This document shows positions 35,816 through 49,479 of a DNA stretch of 64,000 nt, in pieces. Where the stretch lies: contig JBHGNT010000002.1 of NCBI GenBank assembly GCA_043228905.1, positions 24,862,001 through 24,926,000 of the forward strand, read 5' to 3'. How positions within the stretch are numbered: the first letter of the stretch is position 1; the number at the start of each line of letters is the position of its first letter. The DNA is from Azolla caroliniana. Taxonomy: Eukaryota > Plantae > Polypodiophyta. Under the pieces are notes generated by a model. The model did not search any database, was not told where the DNA came from, and saw only the letters and a program-made list of their open reading frames with translations. The position numbers were made by a program, and so were the translations under genes.

Positions 35816-38032
35816 ATGAAGACTTTTTTGAGAAAAGTTACTTGTGAACATGAAATTGATCTTGTTGCCTTACTCAAGTCATGTGCCAAGCAAAAGAATC
35901 TATCGAAAGGTGCAAAGCTTCATGCTTATATTACTCTCGTGAAGGGATCATGGCTCAAAGAGAATGTGTATATAGGCAGTGCTCTAGTGAACATGTATGC
36001 AAAATGTGGTGATCTTGAGAAAGCTCAAAAGGTATTCGATGAGCTTCCCTCTCGAAATGTAGTTTCTTGGAATGCACTCATTGGAGGTTATGTTCAAGAG
36101 GGCTATCATGAAAAGGGACTTTTGGTATATGAGAATATGAAAAGAGAGAGTTTCTGTCCAAATGTAGTGAGTTTTACTTGCTCTTTGAAAGCTTGTTGTG
36201 GCCTTGGGGCACTTGAAACAGGTACTCGTATACATGCAGAAATAGTGATAGTTCAAGAGAGTTCTCTCATGAAGAATTATATGCTAGGAACTTCATTGGT
36301 TCAGATGTATGCGAAATGTGGTTCACTTTCGAATGCACTACAAGTGTTCGATGAGCTGCCAATTCGAGATGTGATCACTTGGACTACATTAATTTCTGGC
36401 TTTTGCTTACATGGACATAATGTAAAAGCCCTGAGCTGTTTTTATCTAATGCGGCATGAGGGCCTCTCTCCCGATGCTGCTACATTTGCATGTGTCTTGA
36501 AAGTGTGTGGAAAAATAGGTTCTATCAAGAAAACCAATGAAATGCATGCCGAGATTGTGAGAGGAGGGGTTATGGAAAATGATACTATACTTAGCACTGC
36601 ATTGATGGATATGTATGCTCAATGTGATGATGTCAGTATGGCACGACAAGTGTTCGATGAGATTGCAATTAGAAATGTTGTTTCTTGGACTGTTCTTATC
36701 TGTGCATATTCCCAAAATGATCATGCTGAGGAAGCATTGAAGTGTCTCGAAAGAATGCAATGTGAAGGTTTCTCTCCTGATGATGTGACATTTATTTGCG
36801 CCTTGAAAGCATGTAGAAGCATTGGGTCGATCAAGAAGGGACAGAAACTACATGCAAGGATCAGGAACTTGTTGCTACATGAAAAAATTAATCTTGCTAC
36901 TGCATTGGTGGACATGTACTCTCAATGTGGTGCTCTTGTGCAAGCACAAAAACTGTTTGACAGCCTTAAGGCCTCAGAAAGAAATTTAGCTTTATGGACG
37001 GCACTCATCGCAGGCTATTCAAAGAGTGGACGTGGGGAGCATGCAATCAATTGTTTTGTTCACATGCAAAGGGAAGGATTACTACCTGATGCAGCAGCCT
37101 TCAATTGCACCTTGAAAGCATGTGGAAACATCAGAGATCTTGGGATGGGCAAAGAAATATACCATATGGTGAAGAGTGCAAGATTCTTAGAAAATAATAT
37201 TGTGCTTTGTACTTCTGTTATTGATATGCTAGCCAAATGTGGTGCGTTTACTAAAGCTCAATATGCAATTGACGAGCTTCATAATACCAATGTGGCATCT
37301 TGGAATGCTCTCATTGCCGGCTTGTCCAATCATGGGCTTGTTGCCGAAGCATTAAAATCCTTTGAATGCATGAGGAAAAGGAGCATTTTACCTGATGCCA
37401 TAACATTTGTCTGTGTTTTAAATGCATGTGCAAAAGTAGGAGCACTTGAGAAGGGTAATGAAATATATGCTGAGGCTGTTAGAGAGGGGTACTTAGCAGA
37501 GAAAGTCTGTGCTCTCAATTCAGCATTAGTGAATATGTATGTCAAATGTGGGGCCCTCACAAAGGCACGGAATGTATTCGAGAATAGTTTTGATCGAGAT
37601 GTGGTTTCATGGACAACACTAATCACAGGATACACTCAGTGTGGACACAGTGAAGAAGCTCTTTGCTGTTTTGAAGAAATGAGAGCTGAGGGTGTCACTC
37701 CTGATAGAATCACATTACTCTCTCTCCTAAGTGCATGTAGTAGTTCATCGGGTTTGATGGATGGACAAATTCTGTTCGATTCTCTCAGTAGAAACTCTGG
37801 GATTTCCCCCTTGTTAGAGCATTATACTTGTCTAGTGCATCTTTTTGGCCGCAGAGGACATCTTGATAAGGCCCATGAGTTCATCAAGAAATTGCCTTTG
37901 GAATTTGAAAATTGTGCATTGTGGTTCACTTTATTGGGTGCTTGTAGACAATGGGGGAGCATCAAACTTGGACAATTAGCCTTCCACCATACAATGGAAC
38001 AACGTCTATTTTCAAGTCCCGAGTCATTGTGA
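35816..38032 (+). CDS. Intronless PLS-class pentatricopeptide repeat protein with truncated E domain (organellar RNA-editing factor type)
   Basis: 738-aa ORF of P-L-S triplets (SALVNMYAKCG..A.KVFDE...NVVSWNALIGGY; PD..TF.C.LKAC). It ends P.LEHYTCLVHLFGRRGHLDKA and WFTLLGACRQWG (E1). No DYW domain. Confidence 0.95.
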   Translation: MKTFLRKVTCEHEIDLVALLKSCAKQKNLSKGAKLHAYITLVKGSWLKENVYIGSALVNMYAKCGDLEKAQKVFDELPSRNVVSWNALIGGYVQEGYHEKGLLVYENMKRESFCPNVVSFTCSLKACCGLGALETGTRIHAEIVIVQESSLMKNYMLGTSLVQMYAKCGSLSNALQVFDELPIRDVITWTTLISGFCLHGHNVKALSCFYLMRHEGLSPDAATFACVLKVCGKIGSIKKTNEMHAEIVRGGVMENDTILSTALMDMYAQCDDVSMARQVFDEIAIRNVVSWTVLICAYSQNDHAEEALKCLERMQCEGFSPDDVTFICALKACRSIGSIKKGQKLHARIRNLLLHEKINLATALVDMYSQCGALVQAQKLFDSLKASERNLALWTALIAGYSKSGRGEHAINCFVHMQREGLLPDAAAFNCTLKACGNIRDLGMGKEIYHMVKSARFLENNIVLCTSVIDMLAKCGAFTKAQYAIDELHNTNVASWNALIAGLSNHGLVAEALKSFECMRKRSILPDAITFVCVLNACAKVGALEKGNEIYAEAVREGYLAEKVCALNSALVNMYVKCGALTKARNVFENSFDRDVVSWTTLITGYTQCGHSEEALCCFEEMRAEGVTPDRITLLSLLSACSSSSGLMDGQILFDSLSRNSGISPLLEHYTCLVHLFGRRGHLDKAHEFIKKLPLEFENCALWFTLLGACRQWGSIKLGQLAFHHTMEQRLFSSPESL

Positions 38033-39019
38033 ATGTCACAAATGGATGGATGAAACTGTTGCAGATGCACTTGTTATCTTTTTTTGGAAATTCACCAAAT
38101 TTAGTGTTAAGGTTTCACTTTGGTCTTATTCTTGAATGCTCTAGAGATTGTTGAGACTCGAGACCAACGTGATGGACAAAGGTTTCTCACAATACCATGA
38201 TTAGGAGATCATAGCTTGTAAGATGAAAGTTATGTTAAATACATTGTACAGTGCATGAATATATGGGAATCTTATTGCAAGGTTCTTCTACTTGGAATTG
38301 TAGTCATAAGGAAGATTTAGAAGAGGATAAGTTCCATAGAACAGATATTTATATCTATCTCTACATGTATGCCACATCCTTTTGTTTTGAACCCAAATTT
38401 ACAATTTCGTGAGGGAAAAGTTAAATCCTGTTCTTCTCAGTATATGCATGTATCACAAATTGCTGCACACCTCAAGAGATTTCTCGATGAGTATATGTAA
38501 GACATGGCTATACATGGATGCAATTTGAATGTATAGAATTCAATAATTATGAACTGTTTAGTTCATGCTCCTGTTGTGCTATTTTGTTGTTTAATAATGT
38601 TATAAGGAAAGCTCATCATCACCCTTACCTTGATGTTCCAGAATCCTTTCTATTTGATTGTCACTTCTTTCTTGCAAAATGTAGAAATCAATTATGATGA
38701 GTTTTACCAACGTTTGATAGGGTAAGTATAATTTCAAAATTGTTCGAGGCTAAACAACTAGCAAAGCACAAGCTTTATTGCTACACCACCGTTCTCGTTT
38801 ATTTATGGATTTTCAACTGGTGTTTCACATGAGTTAGTATGTGAGTATTACATGGTGTACAAGTGCAATGTTCTCACGTTACGTTTTGGTGGATGCCTTG
38901 ATTTAACGTGGAAAATCTATGAAGTCTTATTTTGAAAGTGGTAAAATACCTTTTTAGAGTAGATTTTCTCACATTCCCATGGTTCTGTATTAAAATTTTC
39001 TGAACATGTGCTCAATACT

Positions 39020-40120
39020 ATTAGGTAGCCCTTTTCATGCATTCCTTGGCAATGAACATGAAAATTGGATTATTGTTTGGAGAGTATTTTTTGGAGAGGA
39101 AGGTGCAACACACTATTGTACTTTGATCGACAATGTCTCCAGTTTATGTCACAAAACTTGAACAATTCATGGCTGAAGATGGGGATCTTCACCTAGAGGC
39201 TAGTACACGGCCCTGTTTCAAGAGGACTTATGAAAGCTGGAAATGGAACTCTCACGATCATTTTTGCCGGATTGTTCAAGCACGAGATGTGTTCCAAAGG
39301 CTTCTAACTACAGACGTGGTCTCATGGAATGCAATAATGACAAGGCATACATAACATGGATGTTGGTTGATGTGATTTTCATGTGGAAAAATGAAGCATA
39401 CTCCTTGATCTTTTCATAACGATGAGTGGTGATGGTGTGGAGGTGAGAAGCATATTCTTGAGTGCAGAGGAGGCGTCTTGTAGCTAACCAAATTGTGGAT
39501 ATATCTTTCTTACCATGGCATTCATCAACAAAGATTTTGAACAAATTGCAAGGATTTGTAAAGGGCAATGGAAATGCTCTTGCATATTCACCAACGAGAG
39601 GTTGAGATAGAATAACACTTTATTGTAGAGGCCCAATTCCTATTTGCAAAACAATCTTTTGAATATGTCCACAACATGTGTCACTTTGGTTGAAGGAAAA
39701 AGAGGTTTTTGAAACCATGTATGACGGATATTGCACCATGGAATGCATTGATCACATGCTATGCAAACAAGGGTAATAGCTTTGTGCCATGAAGTAACTG
39801 GAAAAAATCCTACGTGAGAAGGTGAAAATAATATTAGACTACATTATTTGTGGTTTTCATAGGTCATCATGGCTAGAGCCATTGTAATGTTTTAGCCTAA
39901 TCATTTCGTCATGTATGCAGAATTCTACTAATGAAGAATATATTTTTTTGAAAAAGAAAGAAAGAAAGTGGATTGCCCTAGTGGTATCCCTTTTCATGCA
40001 TTCCTTGGAAATAAATGTGAAATTGAATTGTTCTAATAGTTTCACAAGAGTAAAACATAGTAGAAAGTATGGAGAGATAATAAGTATCCTCATGCAAATT
40101 CACACATGTTCTTTAGGAAT
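39020..40120 (+). pseudogene. Highly decayed PPR gene fragments
   Basis: ARDVFQRLLTTDVVSWNAIM at ~39280-39340. A WNALITCYA-like segment at ~39740-39765. Many stops and frameshifts. Confidence 0.55.
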
Positions 40121-41987
40121 AGGCATGAGAAAGTATGGGAATTAATTTGGAATATTAAAGTAGTTGATCAAACACTTTGATATCTATGTGTTGATTGTGA
40201 AAAATCTCACAAAAAAGAAAAAGATTGTTTCACTCCAAAAGATTTAGATGGGTCTATCAACCAAAGAAATCATCCCACAATATGTCAATATAATGCCTAA
40301 TAGGAACAAGGAAAATCGAAGTGTTGGCATATTTGTTGTAGCAACAAACATCTATGCCAATTGAAAATCAATTGTTGATGTTGGATTGATGGTATAAATA
40401 CTCTATCATCATTTAATACAACATTGAATCCTTAGGCATGAAACATTATGGGTTTGTAGTCGTTACACTTCAAATTTAATATTAAGTAGCGTGGATTCAA
40501 CACAATTGGCGATCAAATCATTCACCAAACTTATGGACTAGTAGCGTGAATCCAACACTAATGGTTATCAAATCATTCAAAAGTGATGTTGATTCTTGGA
40601 CCATCTTTCCAAGGAATTCAAAAAGGGCTAACTTGAATATGTAGTGAAAGCATATATCTTACTTGTATCACAACCAAAAAGATTGTGGTCCATGTGTACC
40701 CATGTTTATGATGTTGATATTCCTACACGTTCATGTACATATTCATCTAGATGCAGAATTACTAACTAAAATTTATCGTAATTTACATTAAAAACCCCAA
40801 AACATCATTTAATTACGGCCATTAAGTGTATAAGATGTATGAACAAATGCAAGAGGTGGACGGAACTTTTTTTGAACATAACATGAGTCCAATGGGATGA
40901 AAATGATCACATTTGCAAATGTAATTTATAGACATCACAGTTAAGAGCTAATGGAAAGTATTTTTACACAAGAAGCAGTTCATCATGAGATGCATTTTTG
41001 TAAGAATTAGCTAATGTATTGTGGCTCACATCAGTTTGCATTTAGGGCTATCATGCAATATTACCAAGTCCTTCCACGAGTATATGTCAATAGTTATGCC
41101 CATCCCATAAATCTAGGTCACGTGTCAATACATATGAATCAAATTCACGTTTTCCAAACCCTCTTATGCAAGGGTTAATTCAAGCAATAAGAATATATCT
41201 GATGGTCAATCGTGCATATACACCATGTGGACCGGACACATAAAACTTGAAAGGGAGACAGAGAAAACTAGGATAAGACCCTAAGGTATGTCATTTACTT
41301 AGCGAAACATTGGTTGAGCGCTCGAAGTTTCAGATCGAAGAATATTTCAGTTATCAAGCCTATGGAGAAAAACAAGCAAGAAATGGTTTCAACTATGTAA
41401 ATTCCTTGGAGAAGCTTGTGTTGAGACATGCATTGGAAAAGGCAGGCTTCCAAACAATAGCTTTAGATCCGGAAAAACAATGGGGCAAAAAATGAAAAAC
41501 AAATGCAAATAAATAAATAAATAATAGCAATGCAAACAAATATGTGAGTAGGAGGTAAATTTAGTGAGTAAATGCTAAAATTAATAAATAAAAAAGTGAG
41601 TAAATAACCACACAAATAAATAAATTATATATGTATATATACATATACGATAATGCAGTCACCAGTGAATAAGTAATTAATCGAAGATAAAATATGAATA
41701 AATAAATAAACGAACGAATGCGTGGTCGTCGCCTAGCCGCAAAAAAGAGGAAGCAAAAAGAACAAAAAAAATCGTCCGGACGCCAAACAAATTTAAATGT
41801 GGTACAAATTCTATGCAACCCTTTTTCACGTCCGCCTTCTTTCTCGTTCTCCTTCCTTCTTCTATCGTCATCGTCTTCTCTTTTCTTTCTATCTGTCTGT
41901 CTGTCTGTTGTTTTTCTGTCTTTGGTATAGCCTTCTCTCCTTTTTACCTCACCAAGATTTAGAGCAGATTTTTCTCTCGAAGAAGTC

Positions 41988-44900
41988 ATGAATTCAAGGT
42001 TTGCTGCTGTGGCTTCTCGCCTTCTTCGATCTGCTCTCCCAGGTTTAATCTCTACGTCAGCCCCCATGCTTCCATAACCGTAGCTTCTCCCTCCCTCTCT
42101 TTCTCTCACATTCTCCATGCTTCCTCCATAGCCATAGCTTCTCTCTATCTTTACATCTCTCAATTAGGATCTTTTTGTGATATTTTCAAGAGATCTGATC
42201 ATGTCCAGCAATCTAGGATGATCTGCATGTTCCTTCTTACTTCAGTTTGATCAACTGAGTTTCGTAATCTGTTCCTGAAATTTTAGCTGAATTTTTTTCA
42301 TCATTTGTGCAGCATTTATCTGTTATATGCCACATGTCTTCTAATACTGCATGATCTACACTTTCTCAGAAAATTTTGTGAAATTTCTGAGTTACTCAAA
42401 GAAGGTTTCTGATATGGTTAAGCCTTTCTTTGGAATGACCAATTTCGGTTTAGTTATAGGCAGAAACTTTAACGTCTAGCTTAATCAGTTCACCAGTTAC
42501 AATGTCTGACTTGATCAGCTGAACTGCAAATATATATATATATATATATATACATGCATAGCTGTTTTCATGTAGTTTCATCTCTTCTTGCGTTGTCCAG
42601 TGGGTTTTCTTACCATCTGATAACGTTGTTAATGAAAAATGAGCAGCAAGCTTTCAAAAACTTAATTGATTCTGGTGACGAGAATATCTGATCCAGTCAT
42701 CTGAGTGTGTGTTATTCTTCATCATAACATATAACTGTTTTACCTGCGTTTTCATCTGTCCATAATATTCTGTGAAAATTCGAGTGTCCGTTTTATCAGC
42801 CACAGTAGGATTTTGACGTGGGAGCTGTAAAATTGATTGTCTTCATCATACTATAATACACATGCTAAACTAATATAATACAAACTCTTATCTGCATTAT
42901 AAGTCATGTAAATAATAGAGCCCTTATATGTGTAATTCCTGCTACTCAGAAGCAGGAAAGTTTACAGGGCAGCTACATTTTGTTTTGTAGTGTTTATCAT
43001 GAGTTATGGTTCTTATCTAGATCCATCTCTCTATCTCATAAATCACAGAGCCCTTATACGTATAATTCCTGCAACTCAGAAGCAGGAAAGTTTAGAGGCC
43101 AGCTACATTTTGTTTTGTAGTGTTTATCATGAGTTATGTTTCTTGTCTAGATCCATCTCTCTATCTCATTAAAAAAAGCTCCACGTTAGTCAATCTTTTA
43201 AGCCTGTTTATATAAGACATGGCTAGATCTAAAATCAGAACTAAAATGTAGAATATGTGTATAGTGTTTATCATGAGTTATGTTTCTTGTCTAGATCCAT
43301 CTCTCTATCTCATTAAAAAAAACTCCACGTTAGTCAATCTTTTAAGCCTGTTTACATAAGACATGGCTAGATCTAAAATCAGAACTAAAATGTAGACTAT
43401 TCTAAACGTAAAATTCGTGTTTTATAACAAGTTATTACAACAATTCCTTTAAGGCATAGATTCGAAGATAAATTCCCACAGTCACTCGCTGCAAATCCCA
43501 AATCAACTTTGAATTGACACCCTTAAAAGGAAAAAAACTAAATAGACCAGTTGGTATAATTTTTTACCCTAGCAGAACCAAGGCTCTTGGAAACTATAGC
43601 ATAATAGGAAATAAGAGACCGATAACCTAAGTTAACCAGAAACAGGTGCAATTTGATGTAAAATTCTGAATCTTTTTTGTTTAAGAACACCATAATGCTT
43701 GCGGAGTTAGACCTATTGATGTGTTTTTGTGCTTTGCCAAGTGAACCATGTGTAAGTGTTTTTCTAATTGTATAAGGAAATCTGTACATTGTGCTTTGTT
43801 CTGGCCCTACTTAATTCTTTTAGATCAATTGGTCGATCTGATTTTTCTTCCCTTACCTGTGCAGAAAGCAGAGCACTTTCAACAGTGGCCATAGCGAAGG
43901 CTCAAGCTCCATCAAAACTCGCACATTTTGCTCAGTCCGAAAACACTGGTTATAGTAAATGGATTGGCGCAGCTGGAGCTCTCATATTGCCTGCTGCAGG
44001 TCTGCGAAACGTTGTTTTTGCTTCATTTTTTAAAAGACCGTCATTAAAATCTAAAATAAAGTCATTAAACAAATAATCATGTATTTCTTTGGGCTCTGTC
44101 TATGAGAATAACACTGTTGCCTTCATAAGTAAGCGTTGTATTAGCTCACAAAATAAAGTGAAGGAATACGAAGAACAACTCATAAAGAATTAGTTTATAC
44201 CTTGAGTATTAATGATGTTTTGGAAAGAATGCTCATGGAAGCTTTTTTCTGATGTTAAAGTATTGTAAGCATTGTTTTAAGAGAATGTTTCACAGAATTG
44301 AAGTAAAGGCAAACAAAGAACATCATGTTGATATTTATGATATCTAAGGAATGTGTAACCGCAAGCTTTACTTTGTCCATTTCTACGTTGATACTTTATA
44401 TACTTTTAGTAACTAAAATAAAGGCAAACAACGAGACACATCGCATAAAAACTATGAAGTTTGTGTTTAATACATTCTTGGATATGTAAAGATGTGAACT
44501 GTTTCCTGCTTTGATGTTGTGTTGCAGTGATGTTGGCTCAGAATCCAACCCTTGAAGCTGCAGAAGTAATTGAGTTAACTTTTTCTCCTAATTCTAGCTC
44601 TCATATTGCTTAGTTTTCTTTAGCATTCTTCTCAAATTTGCTTCTCATTAATTTTGTCTACTCACAGCTTGAGAGAACCTTCATAGCCATCAAGCCGGAC
44701 GGTGTGCAAAGAGGACTGGTCAGAATGAGTTTTATTTGTCACCTATGTGTTTTCTTTGTTAATATTATAGAACCAGTTTCCTGTGCTCAATATTTTTCAT
44801 TCATGTATTTTCAGATTTCGGAGATAATTAATCGATTTGAACGCAAGGGATACAAGCTTGTCGCTATCAAAATTGTCATTCCAACTAAAGAGTTTGCTCA

Positions 44901-45903
44901 ACAACATTACCATGATTTAAAAGAGAGACCATTCTTCAATGGACTTTGTGACTTTCTCAGCTCTGGCCCTGTTATTGCTATGGTAAGAAAACAAGACGCA
45001 TACGTAATGACAATAATGCTCATTTTCTCCTATGGAAGTTTATGACTACATATACATGCCAATCCTATAAAATCCATAACGCTCATTTTCTCCTATTAAA
45101 CTTTGTGACTGTACTACATGCAAATTTTTGTCCAGAAACTAGTAATTAAAATTTGTGACCATATTTAAGTATTACATACAAATATTTGTCCCAGAAAATC
45201 CTTAAAGACACAATGCAAATAATAATGATTATATATAATTACCGACTATCATTCTTGTATTTTGCAATTATGCTTTGAAATCATGAACCAGATGAACCCT
45301 TACGAGACACCATCTTGTTGTAATGGTCTTATAGGTTTGGGAAGGTCAAGGTGTGATCAAGTATGGAAGGAAATTGATTGGGGCAACAAGTCCTCACAAT
45401 TCTGAACCAGGAACAATTAGAGGAGACCTTGCTATTAGTGTTGGGAGGTGAGCTTCATATATGTCATTTAGATAATATGAAAGTACAAATATAACCTTTG
45501 AATACATGGTGTGGTTGAGTTCATATAGTTCATTATGATCATACACAAGCTTTTGAACTGGAAAACTCCAAAATATCCCTTCCCTGCTTTTTTCATTATT
45601 TTTCCAAGATAATTTGGCAAACCCCGCATCTCCGGTCAATTCATCCCCTTTGTACTCTCTTTGTGGGGTTGATGAAATAAGAGCAACTCAGGGGCAGTTG
45701 AGGAAATAAAGAAAAAGTTTGGGTTATAGAGTTTTGATCAAAGGTTAATATATGAACCCTGTTAATCCTTTGTTATTTGCAGAAACATCATCCATGGCAG
45801 TGATGGACCAGAAACTGCAAAGGATGAAATTGGCCTTTGGTTTAAACCTGAAGAATTGGTTAACTACACCTCAAATTCTGAGAAATGGCTTTATGAACCT
45901 TGA
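41988..45903 (+). CDS. NDPK3: Nucleoside diphosphate kinase III/IV, mitochondrial/plastid (~226 aa). Exons 41988-42042, 43865-43999, 44528-44565, 44668-44718, 44815-44982, 45335-45447, 45783-45903
   Basis: Presequence [18 protein letters not shown] and hydrophobic [13 protein letters not shown] segment. Core [31 protein letters not shown]...[66 protein letters not shown]...WLYEP*. Exon lengths sum to 681 nt in frame. Confidence 0.95.
42915..43396 (+). repeat. Two overlapping tandem duplications (periods 130 and 144 bp) in NDPK intron 1
   Basis: AGAGCCCTTATA at ~42917 and ~43047. TGTTTATCATGAGTTATG at 42991, 43121 and 43265. Confidence 0.88.
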
Positions 45904-46898
45904 ATTCAAGGTCTTTTTATGGTATATTCTAGAAAACGAAATACTTCTGCTGCTACATTTTTGCACAGATAAAGATGGTTTGATTGAAGCATATGTTTTA
46001 CACTTGAGGTTTGTTCATATTCATAATTCTGGAAAAAAGGATATGAATGGTGACATGAATAAATCTGTTGTAGCGGTAATCGAGAAATAAGACAAACATT
46101 TTTAATCTTTGACTCATGTAATACAACTAATAACAATAGGGATTACAAACTGTCATCAAATATGTTGTTATAAACACTAACTACACTTGTCGCTATAAAT
46201 ATTGTTGTGGTGGTTTAGTTAATAAAAAACAGTAATTTAGAGTAAGGGCTAATAGGTCATACCATACAGAATTTTAAATCATCAAAGGAAAGGTAGCAAC
46301 AGTCTACAGAATTCTTGGCTTAATTCTTAGTTTCTGAAATGGAAATGTTATTTTCTCTCACCTGTTTCTTCCACATCAGTGTTAACACGCATCCTTCCTC
46401 TGTCTCTCTTTGGTGTTTGTTAGAGAGAACAAAAGGTTTGATTGATCATCACCAAATGGTTAGGCTGCTTTTGAACCCTTGGGAAGTTGAAAAAAACTTA
46501 ATCTGGTCTCTCTTCTTCTCCTAACGTGTGACAAGTTTATATACTAAGCAACATCTCCTCACACATCTCAACGTTAAAATATGAGAGTACATTATGCATG
46601 AATGGCCTTCAGGTTTGCATAGCACCTTCTCCAATACTGTGTTGGGTTGCTTGAATAGCAAACCAGACTGAATTCAAAGGCAAAAATGGCTTGTATGTCA
46701 TTAACAATGCCTGTAATTTCTTGTGGACTTAGCATTTGGTTTGGAGGTGGTTATGACTTGAATCCATGACCTTGACACACAACTAGTTTCTTAATATGTA
46801 TTTGAGGATAGCAGCAAAAAATACTCGGACTAGAATATATTCTTTACACCCACTAGAGAGTTCCAAAACTACTTTTCAACTTTCCAACACAGTTGGGT

Positions 46899-49394
46899 TC
46901 ATCTCAGTGCAAGTAGCCTGGAGAATGGAGTACCCTGGTCAGCTGCCAAAAGAGGAATGCAAGTGCCTGGCAATCTATACTCAGAATTTCTGCCTACTTG
47001 ATGGCATGGATGGCATATTGCAATGACTGTGTCCACCATGAACAAGACAGCACTCTCGAGGAGGAGCATAGCAGCATCACTAACAACCACCTTTATTGCA
47101 AGACATGTAACAGGTACCAAAGCCTAGGCCAACCTACAAAGACGGTTCAAATATCACAACAGCCGACAGTGCCTCTAGAAGCAATCTGTTTTCAGCATCA
47201 ACACAAAGGATTAGAACGAATTATAACAAAACATAATTAATGTTCTTTTTTTAAGATGAAAAGTCAAGTTAAATGAAAACATAATTAATATTATATTTTT
47301 AAGATGATGAGGCAAGTTACAAGAAATTTGCAAGTGAAACAGATAGATGTTAACCTTCCACCATCACACAGAGCGGATTATAAGTAAATGTATTAATATA
47401 CATTGGTCATAATGCCACATAAACCGTTTCACCTCTGACCTTTCAAAGTTTGATATTCAAATATGAGAACAACAGTTTTCACTGTATCACACATCCAGTG
47501 TGACTTCATAGTCGTGTGCCTGAAATTTCTTGATTCGGTAAAATATTATACGGAAGGATGTATTGTTTATCTTCCTATGTACATACAGCTCCTTTCTTTA
47601 TTTCTCAAGATAATGGAGAACGCATATTACGTTAAAAGTGAAGAAAACACAAGCAAAACGTTCTTCTGCATTGCAACTGACAAACATATTGTAATAATGG
47701 ATATATCACATCAACTATAGCTACAGGTGTATATGTTGCAGTCAAAATAACTTGTTTAGAGTTTTAAAAACAACTTAGAACAAGGATAAAAAATTGTAAC
47801 ACATACTTAGCAAAATAAAGGATATATCACATAAACTAAATTTAAAAATGTATACATATGTTCCAGTCAAAATAATTGTTTAGAGTTTTAAAAAAACCTT
47901 AGAATAAGGAGAAAAAATTGTGATAACACATATACTTACTTTAAATATAACAATTTAGGTTAGTCTTTCAAATATCTGTAATATTAGCTTATTCTTGTCA
48001 AGTATTTGTTTGTAATATCTAACTTTATCATAAATTTGGCGAACCTTTCAGAATCCATTGTCATTTGAAAAAATAGGTATGCATGACAAACGGCCCCCTT
48101 CTTGTGCGTGTAAGGTGTTTGGCAAAGAATAATGGTAGAAATAGACCAGCTTGTAAACAATCCAGAAAATAACAAGTTAGGGAATAGACCGCATTTTAAA
48201 ACTTTTAAAGTACAAGAAAAACGAAAACCGTCTTGTAAACAACGACAGATAGCACAAGTAAGAAAAATAAAGCCACCTTGTGAAAGAAATAAAATCAAAG
48301 AAAGCAAATGGAAAAATAGACCATGTAAACAATCAATGAAAGCGGAATAGACCACCTTGAAAACAATCAAACAAGAGAGAATATTGAGTATTTGGTTAAT
48401 TACTGAGAAACCAAAGTATAACTTGTAGTTGTCAACAATCAACGAACACAGAAAAACAAAAGAAAATTTGATAGCTGCACATTACGATGACGTGAGAAAA
48501 TCTCAGAAAACCAGACTGAAGTAGACGTGAAAACAATCTCAGACAGATGTGACTGAAGGGGACATGGAAAAAGACATATTTGTCTGTGTATCAAGAGTTG
48601 CCATGGTGTCGAAGAGAACATAAGAGTTATGCAGAAATTCAAGAGATTATTACTGCATCAAATTTGATCAAATCAAAGGGCTTTGTGAAGCGTTTACTGC
48701 TACTTTATCAGGTGAGACAAAAGAAAACAGACAAGAGTAAGACGTTGAAATCAAACCTCATGAAACTTGTAAGGTCTCATGTATCTCTATATTTCTTCTT
48801 CTCGTTGTATAAAATTGGTCACCGCAGCCATAGGCTTTGTTCTTCTGGCATGATGAAACTGAAGTAGCAAATTTGTGTGCATAGAAAGCTGGCATGGCTT
48901 AAAAGAAACACAAACATAAGACAGTTTCAGAGAGTTTCTGCACAATGAAATATTTCTGAGCTTTAGAAGCAGGAGAAAGCGAAAGGATTTCAAAGAAAAC
49001 CGTGGAAAAGACTTCATCATAACAGAAACTTGACACGAATGAAAACAAACATAAATTTTAGACAGTATTCCAGTGATTTTGATCAAAAGGAAACTAGCTG
49101 CGGATTAGAAGCAGATAAAACTGAGAAATTTCGAAAAAAACTGTGGAAAAGAGAGAACAAACTTGACGTGAATAAAAACCAACATAAATGTTGGACGAAA
49201 CTCCAGCGATTATACGCAGGTAAAGCGGATAAATTTCGAAGAAAATAGCACTGCACAGCAAACAACAGGAACGGGAAACAAATGTTGAGAGAGAGAAAGA
49301 GATGGAGATCAGGATGAGGATGAAGGAAAATTTAAGGAAACAGGAAGGAAATAACACTGCAAAGAATCATACAAGAAACAAGAAGAACGGGAGG

Positions 49395-49455
<61 letters not shown>

Positions 49456-49479
49456 ACCTGTGAATACCGTGCTAGACAT
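46899..49479 (-). other. Putative spliced minus-strand transcription unit of unknown product
   Basis: ACCATGTCTAGCACGGTATTCACAG|GTAATT (ATG 49479, donor at 49457), followed by (CT)n(CA)n and a ~2.3-kb T-rich intron-like tract, then candidate acceptors near 47135-47190. The product is not recognisable. Confidence 0.35.
49396..49452. repeat. (TG)n(AG)n compound microsatellite
   Basis: Directly visible dinucleotide tracts. Confidence 0.95.

Noticed and set aside
35984-38070. Minus-strand ORFs overlapping the PPR gene
   Set aside because: Antisense shadows of the long PPR ORF.
41561-42163. 200-aa minus-strand ORF
   Set aside because: Antisense to the pyrimidine-rich NDPK3 5' UTR, exon 1 and intron. 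Low-complexity translation and non-ATG start.
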